A program made the translations under genes and the position numbers. From an uncultured Armatimonadetes bacterium (GTDB lineage: Bacteria > Armatimonadota > UBA5829 > DTJY01), in contig OY970325.1 of assembly GCA_963717145.1 (NCBI GenBank), positions 832,001 through 896,000 on the forward strand: 64,000 nt of DNA, in the 5' to 3' direction. Under the pieces are notes generated by a model. That model had not been told where the DNA came from, ran no database searches, and saw only the letters and a list, made by a program, of their open reading frames with translations. This document shows, piece by piece, positions 39,022-47,847 of the stretch (positions are counted from its first letter, which is position 1; every line of letters starts with the position of its first letter).

Positions 39022-39927
39022 TTGATCGCCCGCGCGCTTCTCATGATTCTGATCCTTGCCTCCACCGCTCACTCGGCTCCTCAGCGCTTCGAGTACTCCG
39101 AGATGGCGATGGGCGTTCGGGCGCGGATCGTGATCTATGCGCCCGATGAGCACCATGCCCAGGGTGCCGCACGCGCCGCCTTCGACCGGATTGCCTTCCT
39201 CGAACAGGTCATGAGCGACTACCGCCCGGACAGCGAGATCAACCGGCTCTCCGCCGAGCCGGTTCGAGTCAGCCCCGAGTTGTACTACATCCTCCGCAAG
39301 TCACAGGACCTCTCCCGCCGCTCCGACGGCGCATTCGATGTCACCGTCGGCCCTTTGATCAAGCTTTGGAGGACTGCCCGCAAGACCGGCGTCCTTCCCA
39401 CCTCCAACGAGATCGAAGCTGCCAGAAAGCTCGTCGGATGGCGGAAGGTGATCATCGACCCGAGGAGGCATACGGTGGCTTTGCACTCCAAGATGCAGCT
39501 CGACCTCGGGGGGATCGCCAAGGGGTATGCCTGTGACGAGGCGATTCGCGTCCTCAAGGAGCACGGAATCACCAACGCATTGGTCGAGATGGGCGGGGAC
39601 ATCGTCGTCAGCGGCCCTCCACCCGGCAAGTCCGGCTGGGAAGTGTCTCTTGTGGGAGGCGACTCCAGTCGGCGAACTCCCCTCTCGAACGTCGCCATCT
39701 CCTCGTCCGGCGACACCGAGCAGTTCGTCGTGATCGGCGGGAAGCGCTATTCCCACATCGTGGATCCGCGAACCGGCCTCGGACTGACCGACCGAATCGC
39801 GGTGACCGTCATCGCGCCGACCGGCGTGCTCTCCGATGGCCTTTCGACCGCCCTGAGCGTCCTCGGACCCGAGAAGGGCAGGGCACTCCTCGGACAGTAC
39901 CCGCGCGTCAAGGCCGTCATCCGCTAG
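39022..39927 (+). CDS. apbE: FAD:protein FMN transferase ApbE
   Basis: GAFDVTVGPL, LDLGGIAKGY, SSSGD, YSHIVDPRTG, SDGLSTA. Confidence 0.95.
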   Translation: MIARALLMILILASTAHSAPQRFEYSEMAMGVRARIVIYAPDEHHAQGAARAAFDRIAFLEQVMSDYRPDSEINRLSAEPVRVSPELYYILRKSQDLSRRSDGAFDVTVGPLIKLWRTARKTGVLPTSNEIEAARKLVGWRKVIIDPRRHTVALHSKMQLDLGGIAKGYACDEAIRVLKEHGITNALVEMGGDIVVSGPPPGKSGWEVSLVGGDSSRRTPLSNVAISSSGDTEQFVVIGGKRYSHIVDPRTGLGLTDRIAVTVIAPTGVLSDGLSTALSVLGPEKGRALLGQYPRVKAVIR

Positions 39928-40065
39928 GCAATGTAGGGAACGGCCGCCGTCCCGTTCCGTGGGTGTAAGTCTCCGCCAACACCAGCAGAACGGGACAGCG
40001 GCCGTTCCCTACATTGCGAGAGCGGGCGTTCACCACCGCGGGCGGGCGTTGAAGCCCGCCCCTAC
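39928..40065. repeat. GTAG REP doublet plus single GTAG REP
   Basis: 30-bp arms 39928-39957 / 39988-40017 (1 mismatch); gggcgggcgttgaagcccgcccctac 40040-40065. Confidence 0.88.
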
Positions 40066-41798
40066 GGCTTCAGCCGGATGATCGCATGGCGGACGTCGTC
40101 TTCCTCAAGGCCCGGCGTGTGCAGGTGGAGTGTGTCCTCCTTGCCGGGATTCACCGCCAGGATGTTGGCTCCTGCGGAGAAGGGGTGCGTTCCGGGGGTT
40201 AGGACGGATAGGTGCGTGATGAAACCCCAAAACTCGCCGCTGTTCCCAAGGTAGAGAGTCGGCACAATCGGTTCTGAGAGTGTGTACTCGCCCGAGACGA
40301 TGTAGACCTCACCGGGCCCGAGGACGTTCGATGTCCCCAGCACCTCCGATACCTTCACCTGGAGCGCTGTTGCGTATTTGGCAGGCCGGTCCCCTTCCTC
40401 GACTGAGAACTGGATCGGCCTAAACTCCCTTATCGGGACCTGTGTTGTCGGACGACCGGGACAGGTTTCCCATGCACGCGACTTCAGGTTCAGCTTTGGG
40501 ACATATTGAAGGCGCGTAAACTTGAACCCCACTGCCTTGAGCACCGAGATCACCCGTTGATCACGAGGGTAGTTCGGCTGGAGCTGATCCTTCACGACTC
40601 TCTTGAGGCCGAGCGATTTCAGTCGCCTCAACGCCGACGCCAGCACGTGCCTGAGCGCATCAGAAGCGTCATCTTCCATGACATACCAGAGGATACCCGA
40701 ATCGGTCTCATACTTAGGGTTCTCCCACAACGCCTGGTATGAGGCCAAGAGCGCCACCACCCGGCCGTCTCGATAGGCAACGAACGATGCCTCCGGGACC
40801 CTATCCGGGGCTCTCTGCTGCTCGCGGATGATGTCTTCAGTTATCATCGCGGGTCCCTCCTTGAGGATAGTCGCCTCAAACAACGCCAGGAGTGCCTTCG
40901 GATCCGCCTCCGAGAAGCCTCGAATCTCGATGCCAGGATCGAGCGGCGGAACGGCGGGTAGTCTACCGGTGAGCGACCGCTCGTACCAGTGAAGCTCGAG
41001 TTCGACCTGGAATCCGATGCCCTTCAGCATCTCGATCGCCGGGCTGCCCTCGGGTATGTGCGGCGGCGCGATGAGCCACGAGTAGCCTTCCTCCGCAAGC
41101 TCGGACGCGATTCGGCAGATCGCCTCCTGTGTCTGAGCGGTGTACTCCATCCTGCCCGGGATGATGTACGCCAGACTCGCGAATCCATGCTCCTTGTCCT
41201 TCTCCAGCGCCATCCTCACCAAACTCTCGCTGAACTCGATACCAGGCGCCTCGGACTTCAGTGTGCTCTCTACCATCTGCTGCATCTCCTCTCTCAGGCG
41301 GCCCCGCGCGCGATGGATCCGGCTCTTGATCGAGGACGTTGTAGCCCCGAGCATCGAGCCAACCTCATCGTGCGAGTAGCCGTTGACGTAGTGGAGGATG
41401 AGCGCTAGGCGGTCGGACTCCTGCAGGATTTCGAGTGCTTCGCGCACCTGTCGGGCCTTCTCGGTCCGCTCGGCGGACTCAGCCGGACTCGGCGTAGTGT
41501 CGGGACACTCGTCGGCTGCTTCGAGAGAAAGCGCAGGTCGGCGGCGTCGAAGCAGACCGAGTGCTGTGGTGGTGGCGATCTGGTAAAGCCAGTGCCCGAA
41601 CTTCGACGGCTCGCGCAGGCGTCCGAGATCGGTGTACGCCGTAATCAGCGCTTCCTGAGCCGCATCACGTGCGGCCTCGAAGTCGCCAAGTCGGTGAAAA
41701 GCGATCCCGAATGCCGCGTCCCGATATCGGCGGACCAGCTCTCCGAACGCCGATTGATCGCCGTTCAGTGTGGCTTGTACAAGTTGCGCATCGTCCAT
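40062..41798 (-). CDS. ECF sigma factor with long C-terminal extension (GNAT-like plus beta-rich domain)
   Basis: D..LV.....GD..AFGELVRRY, DAAQEA, F..WLYQIA, S..EV..ML.....SIKSRIHRAR..LR; ~390 further residues. Confidence 0.85.
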   Translation of the reverse strand: MDDAQLVQATLNGDQSAFGELVRRYRDAAFGIAFHRLGDFEAARDAAQEALITAYTDLGRLREPSKFGHWLYQIATTTALGLLRRRRPALSLEAADECPDTTPSPAESAERTEKARQVREALEILQESDRLALILHYVNGYSHDEVGSMLGATTSSIKSRIHRARGRLREEMQQMVESTLKSEAPGIEFSESLVRMALEKDKEHGFASLAYIIPGRMEYTAQTQEAICRIASELAEEGYSWLIAPPHIPEGSPAIEMLKGIGFQVELELHWYERSLTGRLPAVPPLDPGIEIRGFSEADPKALLALFEATILKEGPAMITEDIIREQQRAPDRVPEASFVAYRDGRVVALLASYQALWENPKYETDSGILWYVMEDDASDALRHVLASALRRLKSLGLKRVVKDQLQPNYPRDQRVISVLKAVGFKFTRLQYVPKLNLKSRAWETCPGRPTTQVPIREFRPIQFSVEEGDRPAKYATALQVKVSEVLGTSNVLGPGEVYIVSGEYTLSEPIVPTLYLGNSGEFWGFITHLSVLTPGTHPFSAGANILAVNPGKEDTLHLHTPGLEEDDVRHAIIRLKP

Positions 41799-41853
41799 CT
41801 GGTCATCCTCCACCGGTAACGTTGCATCTCGGACGCCAAAAGTTGCAGAGGAG

Positions 41854-41882
41854 TGTCATTCTGAGCGGAGCGAAGAATCTGG
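41854..41882. repeat. GTCATTC-type repeat, single arm
   Basis: tgtcattctgagcggagcgaagaatctgg. Confidence 0.75.
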
Positions 41883-41892
41883 TCTGCTGCGG

Positions 41893-44622
41893 CTACCTGA
41901 TCGTCAGGGTGAGTCCGCTGACGTAGGTTTGCACCCAGTATCCGTGCCATGGTTGGAGGGTCTCCCACGAAGCGAAGTCCTCGGGCAGACCGAAATCCAC
42001 AAGGCTCTGAGTCGACGCATCCCACCAGTAACCGCTCGAGTTGAGCCAGCCATTCGTGTGGGATGCGTCAAGGATCGATGCAGTGTCAGCCCCATGCCTG
42101 ACGGTGGTACTCGGCCACTGCTTTTCCACAGGGAACGGGCAGCCGATGATCGCCCAGCCGGCAGTCGGTAGACTGATGTCGTGGGTCGTAGCGCTGCTCG
42201 GGATGCCTTGATATGAGATCGTGCCTGGCGAGAACGAATCGAGCCAGTAGCCGTTCTCGAGGTTCATCTCGCCGAACTGCTCCGGTCCCCATGAGTCGTA
42301 GATGAAGAGGCTCTGCGTCGGGTTGTCCCACCTGTAGAGCCGACCGTCGATATCTATCCCGTTGAAGACCACTGCAGGGTCGGGGTCCGCGGGCTGAACG
42401 GGGAGGCTGAGCAGGCTCCAACCGTTGACCACCACGCCCGCGGGTGAAGTGACGGTTACCGGCAGACCGAGTTCCACGTCTCTCCGATCCACCTGACCGG
42501 TGGTGAGGACCACGCCGGAGATGGTCTGGGGTGCGAAGCCCGACTTGGTCACAGTGATGCTGTACGTTCCCGGCGGAAGATCGAGGAACCCATAGGTGCC
42601 GGTAGCGTCGGTCACGGTGTTCTGGGTAACAGGTCCGCTGACACTGACGGCCGCTTTGTAGATCCAGTCGCTGTAGACCGGATCGGTCGGGTGCGACGCA
42701 TCCGTCACTGTGCCGAAGATGATGCCGGTAGTGGGTGCGCTCTTCCATGGCATATCCGGGACCGGCACGGGGGCGGTGTAGATGTTCTCGCCGATTGCGT
42801 TGTAGAACTCGGAGTCCGGCAGTGCAGCATTGTTGGTGGCCGTGTAGCTGAATGTCGAGATGCCGTCTGCGCCTTCGCCGATCGCCGCATAGATCTGCCC
42901 GATGCTGTTGGTGATCGTATTCCTGTAAGGCGACATGCCGATGTAGGCATGCCTGCCGTATCGGTTGTCAGTGGTGAACTGCGCCCAGTCGCGGAAGGAC
43001 TTCGCGTCTGCGGCGACCGAGTCATCCCTGTAGTCCATCGGGATCGATGCATCGAGGATGTGGGCTTCCATCCACTTCGGCCAGTCTTGGAGAACGGAGG
43101 TGTAAGGTCCCGTGCCGGAGAAACCCGCGTCTATGCTTCCGTAAGATTGGGTGTCGGCGGTCATCTTCACGCGCGGCTTGATTGCCATCACTTCGAGATA
43201 GCACTTCTTCACGAGGTCGGTTACCTGTTGCCGGCGGTAGTCGCACCATATGTCCCAGCCCGCCTCGCTGCTGGAGATCGGCGGCCAGAAACCGTATTCG
43301 TCGAAGAAGCGCTGTCTGGTGATCTCGTTGTAGCCCCATGTGGCGCCCTGATAGCGGATGTAATCCCAGTTGATGCCATCGACCTCGTACTTGCTGACGA
43401 TGTCGAGCACGATCTTGCAGATGTAGTCTTGCACGCCGGGAACTCCCTGATCGAGGAGGTAGAAGTTGTTGTTGAGCAGTTCGCCGGTATTGTCCTTCGT
43501 GAGCCACTCAGGATGCTCATGGAACACGGGTGGAGCGTTGGTGGCGGTACTGTTCGCGATCCGATATGCGACGAGCCACGCGTGGACTTCCATGCCCACG
43601 GCGTGACCCTTCGCGATCATGTCGGCAAGCGGATCGAAGGGCAGCGGATCGGTGATCTCGGTCGCTCGGCTCTCGTAGGCGGAGTCATAGAACGCATCGC
43701 CGTTCTTGCGCACCTCCGGGATCACCACGTTGTAGTTGGCTTGATGAAGCGTGTCAATCATTGTGGTGACTTCAGCGGCGCTACGGAAACCGTCATCCCA
43801 GCCCGTTGCCCATGCCGCGCGGAAGCTTGGCGTCTGTGGTATCTCGCTCGAGGTCGCGAAGGTGGAGTCGCCTGAGACCGCGGCATTGCCGTATAGATCG
43901 TCGGATTTCACCCTGAAGTGGTACGCTGCCGGTAAGGAGAGCCCGGTGATGGTCACCGAGTGGTTCAGGACCAGCGAGGCATAGGCGATCGACTGCGTTC
44001 CGTATGAAGCGCTCGTTCCATACTCCACCTGTGAGGTTGCCGGCTCATCGGTGGTCCAGGAGATCACCGCACTCGTTGGCGCCGGAGTTGCCGTGACCGC
44101 GGATATCCCCGGCGGAGTGGTGTCCGGATCTGCGGAAGCCGTTGGAGAATAGAAGCGCACGGCATCGGCCATCACATACTTGGTGGTCTCGGAACCGACG
44201 TTCGTGATACGCACCGAGTTTCCCAGGCCGGATTGCATCGCGTACGTCCCGATGTGGAACCACTGTCGGCCGTTCACCTGCTGGTTTATGTAGACTGTGT
44301 TGTCTCCTGAGGCCGTGTGAACGACGAATTGGGCCTGCGTCGGCCGGTTCGTCCCCGCCGGATACCAGGTGTACACCGCCCAATCGCCGGATCCGCAGGG
44401 GATGCTCGGCAGGTACGTGGCGCTGTTCGTGCCGGAAGGATTCTGGGGGCAATAGTAGTAGTCTGCGCCGTATCTGGTCGTCGTGACCGTACCGGTGGTC
44501 CAGGAGCCGACCAGCGCCGCGTTCGGGTTATCTATGATGATGTCGGCTGCGCCGAAGGCGCCCGGCGCGGTGCAAAGCAGTATGACCAATACCCACGCGA
44601 GATACGTTCGCATATCAATCAT
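41893..44622 (-). CDS. Secreted GHL10/DUF187-like glycoside hydrolase (CBM-like, FN3, carboxypeptidase-regulatory-like domains)
   Basis: FRAAW, EVRK.GDA.Y.S.YE, FDPLA..I...HA.G.EVH.W, DGI.WDYIRY. Confidence 0.88.
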   Translation of the reverse strand: MIDMRTYLAWVLVILLCTAPGAFGAADIIIDNPNAALVGSWTTGTVTTTRYGADYYYCPQNPSGTNSATYLPSIPCGSGDWAVYTWYPAGTNRPTQAQFVVHTASGDNTVYINQQVNGRQWFHIGTYAMQSGLGNSVRITNVGSETTKYVMADAVRFYSPTASADPDTTPPGISAVTATPAPTSAVISWTTDEPATSQVEYGTSASYGTQSIAYASLVLNHSVTITGLSLPAAYHFRVKSDDLYGNAAVSGDSTFATSSEIPQTPSFRAAWATGWDDGFRSAAEVTTMIDTLHQANYNVVIPEVRKNGDAFYDSAYESRATEITDPLPFDPLADMIAKGHAVGMEVHAWLVAYRIANSTATNAPPVFHEHPEWLTKDNTGELLNNNFYLLDQGVPGVQDYICKIVLDIVSKYEVDGINWDYIRYQGATWGYNEITRQRFFDEYGFWPPISSSEAGWDIWCDYRRQQVTDLVKKCYLEVMAIKPRVKMTADTQSYGSIDAGFSGTGPYTSVLQDWPKWMEAHILDASIPMDYRDDSVAADAKSFRDWAQFTTDNRYGRHAYIGMSPYRNTITNSIGQIYAAIGEGADGISTFSYTATNNAALPDSEFYNAIGENIYTAPVPVPDMPWKSAPTTGIIFGTVTDASHPTDPVYSDWIYKAAVSVSGPVTQNTVTDATGTYGFLDLPPGTYSITVTKSGFAPQTISGVVLTTGQVDRRDVELGLPVTVTSPAGVVVNGWSLLSLPVQPADPDPAVVFNGIDIDGRLYRWDNPTQSLFIYDSWGPEQFGEMNLENGYWLDSFSPGTISYQGIPSSATTHDISLPTAGWAIIGCPFPVEKQWPSTTVRHGADTASILDASHTNGWLNSSGYWWDASTQSLVDFGLPEDFASWETLQPWHGYWVQTYVSGLTLTIR

Positions 44623-44631
44623 CCCATCCTG

Positions 44632-47600
44632 CTATCGCAACGTCAGTGTGATTCCGGCCACGTATGTCTGCACCCAGTATCCGTGCCATGGCTGGAGAGT
44701 CTCCCACGAAGCGAAGTCCTCGGGCAGACCGAAATCCACAAGGCTCTGAGTCGACGCATCCCACCAGTAACCGCTCGAGTTGAGCCAGCCATTGGTGTGG
44801 GACGCATCGAGAATCGATGCCGTGTTTGCGTCATGCTTGACGGTCGTGCTCGGCCACTGCTTTTCCACAGGGAACGGGCAGCCGATGATCGCCCAACCGG
44901 CAGTCGGAAGGCTGATGTCGTGGGTCGTTGCGCTGCTGGAGATGCCTTGATATGAGATCGTTACCGCCGAGGACGAATCGAGCCAACAGCCGTTCTCGAG
45001 GTTCATCTCGCCGAACTGCTCCGGTCCCCATGAGTCGTAGATGAAGAGGCTCTGCGTCGGGTTGTCCCACCTGTAGAGCCGACCGTCGATATCTATCCCG
45101 TTGAAGACCACTGCAGGGTCGGGGTCCGCGGGCTGAACGGGGAGGCTGAGCAGGCTCCAACCGTTGACCACCACGCCCGCGGGTGAAGTGACGGTTACCG
45201 GCAGACCGAGTTCCACGTCTCTCCGATCCACCTGACCGGTGGTGAGGACCACGCCGGAGATGGTCTGGGGTGCGAAGCCCGACTTGGTCACAGTGATGCT
45301 GTACGTTCCCGGCGGAAGATCGAGGAACCCATAGGTGCCGGTAGCGTCGGTCACGGTGTTCTGGGTAACAGGTCCGCTGACACTGACGGCCGCTTTGTAG
45401 ATCCAGTCGCTGTAGACCGGATCGGTCGGGTGCGACGCATCCGTCACTGTGCCGAAGATGATGCCGGTAGTGGGTGCGCTCTTCCAGGGCATGTCCGGAG
45501 TAGGTACCTGAGTCGTGAACAGGTTTGTCTCGATCGCGCTGAAGAAGTTCGCAGCCGGCTCGCCATCCTTGTTCGTCACGGCGTAGCTGTAGTTCGTGAT
45601 TCCCAGGCCGGCCTCCCGGGCCACCTGCATCTGGTGAATGCTGTTCGTGACGGAGTTGAGGTAGTTGGCCTGTCCCTCCACACCCATTCTACCGGTATCT
45701 TCCTGCTGAATTGCCAACCAGTCCGTCCACAGATCGTAGTCCATTGCCTGCGCCGTATCGTGTTCGCGCTTGTAGTTCATCAGCCTGTTGGTGTCCACAA
45801 TGTGCTCTAGCATCCATGTCCTGACATCCTGGAAGACCTCGCTGTATTGCTGAGTGGACTCGTAGTCCGTATGAGGGTCTGCGCCCATCCAGGCCACCGA
45901 GTCGACGGCCACATTGATGTGAGGCTTGACGGCCATTATGTTGAGATAGCACTTCTTCACCAGATCGGTGACCTGCTGTCGTCGGTAATCGCACCAGTCC
46001 CCCCAGTTGGGATCGGATGAAGATGTTGGCGGCCAGAAGCCATACTCGTCGAGGAAGCGCTGTTTGGTGATGGGGTTGTAGCCCCAATTGGCCCCGGGAT
46101 AGCGGATGTAGTCGAACTCGAATCCGTCGATGTCGTATCTGCCGACGATGTCCATCACTACCTTGCAGATGTAGTCCTGTGCGCCGGGAACGCCGGGATC
46201 GAGGTTGTAGTAGCCGCTCTCCGAGTTGGCGCCCGAACTGCTGATCAAGGCCCAGTCGGGGTGCAGAGCCCAGATATGGTTCGCGGGCGCGGCCCCCCAT
46301 GAGGAGTTCCAGATGCGGTAGGTGACGATCCAAGGGTGGACCTCCACTCCGGCGGCATGCGCCTTGGTGATCAGGTCTGCAAGCGGGTCGAACGTCGAGC
46401 CGACGATGTTCGTCGCCCTCGGTTCATAGGGCGAGTTGTAGTAGGCGTCACCGCACTTCCGGACCTCCGGGATGATCGCGTTGTAGTTGGCTCCACCGAC
46501 CGTGTTCACCAGAGTCGTGACCTGAGCCGCGCTGAGGATGCCCTGATGCCACGTGTCGACCCAGATCCCTCTGAACTCCCCTGAGATCGGCGCCGTCGTA
46601 GCGAATGTATAGTCTTCGGACACGGCCAAGTTGCCGATAGCGTCCTCGGACTTGACTCGGTAATGGTAAGTCGCCAATGGCGAGAGACCCGGAACCGTTA
46701 CGCTATGGCCTTGAACCGGTGCCGAGACCTTCGGAGTCTCGCTGCCGTAGGACACAGTCAGGCCGTATTCCACCTGCGAGGTCGTCGGCTCATTGGTGAT
46801 CCATGAGACCGCCGCCGAGTTGGATGCCGGGACCGCTGAAACCTGAGAGATCACCGGCGGTTCGCTGGCCGTGGTGGTCAATGTCAGGTCGTCGGATACC
46901 CCCAGGTTTCCCGCCGCGTCCATCGACCGTACTCGGTAGTGATAAAGAGTCTGCGGCGAAAGGCCCGATAGGTTGACGGTGTGGCTCAAAGTGAGCGAGA
47001 CGTCCAGGTTCGTCTGGTTCCCGTACGATGAGGTCAGGCCGTACTCGACTTGGGATGTCGACAGCTCGTTTGTGGTCCATGTGATCGTCGCGGTGGTCTC
47101 TCCCGGCGATGCGGTTACGCCGGGTGCTATTGCCGGCGGATCGGTGTCGCCGCCGCCCGCCTCGGAATAGAATCTGATGCCGTCTGCCATGACGACCTTA
47201 GTCGTGTCCGTGCCGTAGTTGGTGATCCTCACGTAGCCATTGATTCCCGCGGTGAAGGAATACGTGCCGAGGAGATTCCACTTCCCGCCGTTTGTCTGCT
47301 GGTTCACATAGAGCGTGCTATCGCCGGTGGATGCATGAACGATGTACTGCGCGTTGATCGGCCTGCCCGAGCCCTGAGGGTACCACGTGTAAATACCCCA
47401 GATCCCATCAGTCGGAATGCTCGGTGTGTACGTGGCCGACTTGCCGGATGTCGTGTTCTGACCTGCGAACCGGTAGTCCGAGCCGTACTTGTCCGAAGAC
47501 GACGTGCCCGTCTGCCAACTTCCGACGAACGCCGCGTCGGGATTGTCGATGATGATCTCGGTGGCTGCCATGACGCTCGCCCTGAGCACCACGAAGGCAA

Positions 47601-47634
47601 GAACGACAACCAGGAGAACGAGGAACCTACACAT
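44632..47634 (-). CDS. Secreted GHL10/DUF187-like glycoside hydrolase paralogue (two FN3 domains)
   Basis: EFRGIWV, FDPLADLI..AHAAG.EVHPW, DGFEFDYIRYP; C-terminus nearly identical to neighbour. Confidence 0.88.
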   Translation of the reverse strand: MCRFLVLLVVVLAFVVLRASVMAATEIIIDNPDAAFVGSWQTGTSSSDKYGSDYRFAGQNTTSGKSATYTPSIPTDGIWGIYTWYPQGSGRPINAQYIVHASTGDSTLYVNQQTNGGKWNLLGTYSFTAGINGYVRITNYGTDTTKVVMADGIRFYSEAGGGDTDPPAIAPGVTASPGETTATITWTTNELSTSQVEYGLTSSYGNQTNLDVSLTLSHTVNLSGLSPQTLYHYRVRSMDAAGNLGVSDDLTLTTTASEPPVISQVSAVPASNSAAVSWITNEPTTSQVEYGLTVSYGSETPKVSAPVQGHSVTVPGLSPLATYHYRVKSEDAIGNLAVSEDYTFATTAPISGEFRGIWVDTWHQGILSAAQVTTLVNTVGGANYNAIIPEVRKCGDAYYNSPYEPRATNIVGSTFDPLADLITKAHAAGVEVHPWIVTYRIWNSSWGAAPANHIWALHPDWALISSSGANSESGYYNLDPGVPGAQDYICKVVMDIVGRYDIDGFEFDYIRYPGANWGYNPITKQRFLDEYGFWPPTSSSDPNWGDWCDYRRQQVTDLVKKCYLNIMAVKPHINVAVDSVAWMGADPHTDYESTQQYSEVFQDVRTWMLEHIVDTNRLMNYKREHDTAQAMDYDLWTDWLAIQQEDTGRMGVEGQANYLNSVTNSIHQMQVAREAGLGITNYSYAVTNKDGEPAANFFSAIETNLFTTQVPTPDMPWKSAPTTGIIFGTVTDASHPTDPVYSDWIYKAAVSVSGPVTQNTVTDATGTYGFLDLPPGTYSITVTKSGFAPQTISGVVLTTGQVDRRDVELGLPVTVTSPAGVVVNGWSLLSLPVQPADPDPAVVFNGIDIDGRLYRWDNPTQSLFIYDSWGPEQFGEMNLENGCWLDSSSAVTISYQGISSSATTHDISLPTAGWAIIGCPFPVEKQWPSTTVKHDANTASILDASHTNGWLNSSGYWWDASTQSLVDFGLPEDFASWETLQPWHGYWVQTYVAGITLTLR

Positions 47635-47686
47635 TTCGGGCGACCTTTCCTTGCACGACCACGATCGGAGAAGCAGGGGTTACCTC

Positions 47687-47715
47687 ATGGTAGCACCCGA
47701 TCAGCCTACGGTCAA
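47687..47715 (-). promoter_or_regulatory. sigma70-like promoter of the GHL10 pair
   Basis: TTGACC-17 bp-TACCAT. Confidence 0.55.
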
Positions 47716-47847
47716 GCAAAACTCCTCAAAACCGGTAATAATACCAGGTCCCTCGCGCGGGGCGTGCAATGGAGGATATGCACCCATGCTTTCCATAACA
47801 TTACTTGAGATGCCCCCACCATCCCGTTAAGAACAGGAGAACCCGTC

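Noticed and set aside
41815-41850. Autoregulatory ECF promoter TGCAAC...CGTT on the minus strand
   Set aside because: Spacing of 20 bp is longer than the usual 16-17 bp.
41893-45486. Diversity-generating retroelement TR/VR pair
   Set aside because: Both copies are coding, differences are not adenine-specific and no reverse transcriptase is present.
47640-47847. Riboswitch or ncRNA in the divergent intergenic region (also 5146-5278, 29494-29626)
   Set aside because: No conserved riboswitch or tRNA motif recognised; an Rfam scan would be needed.
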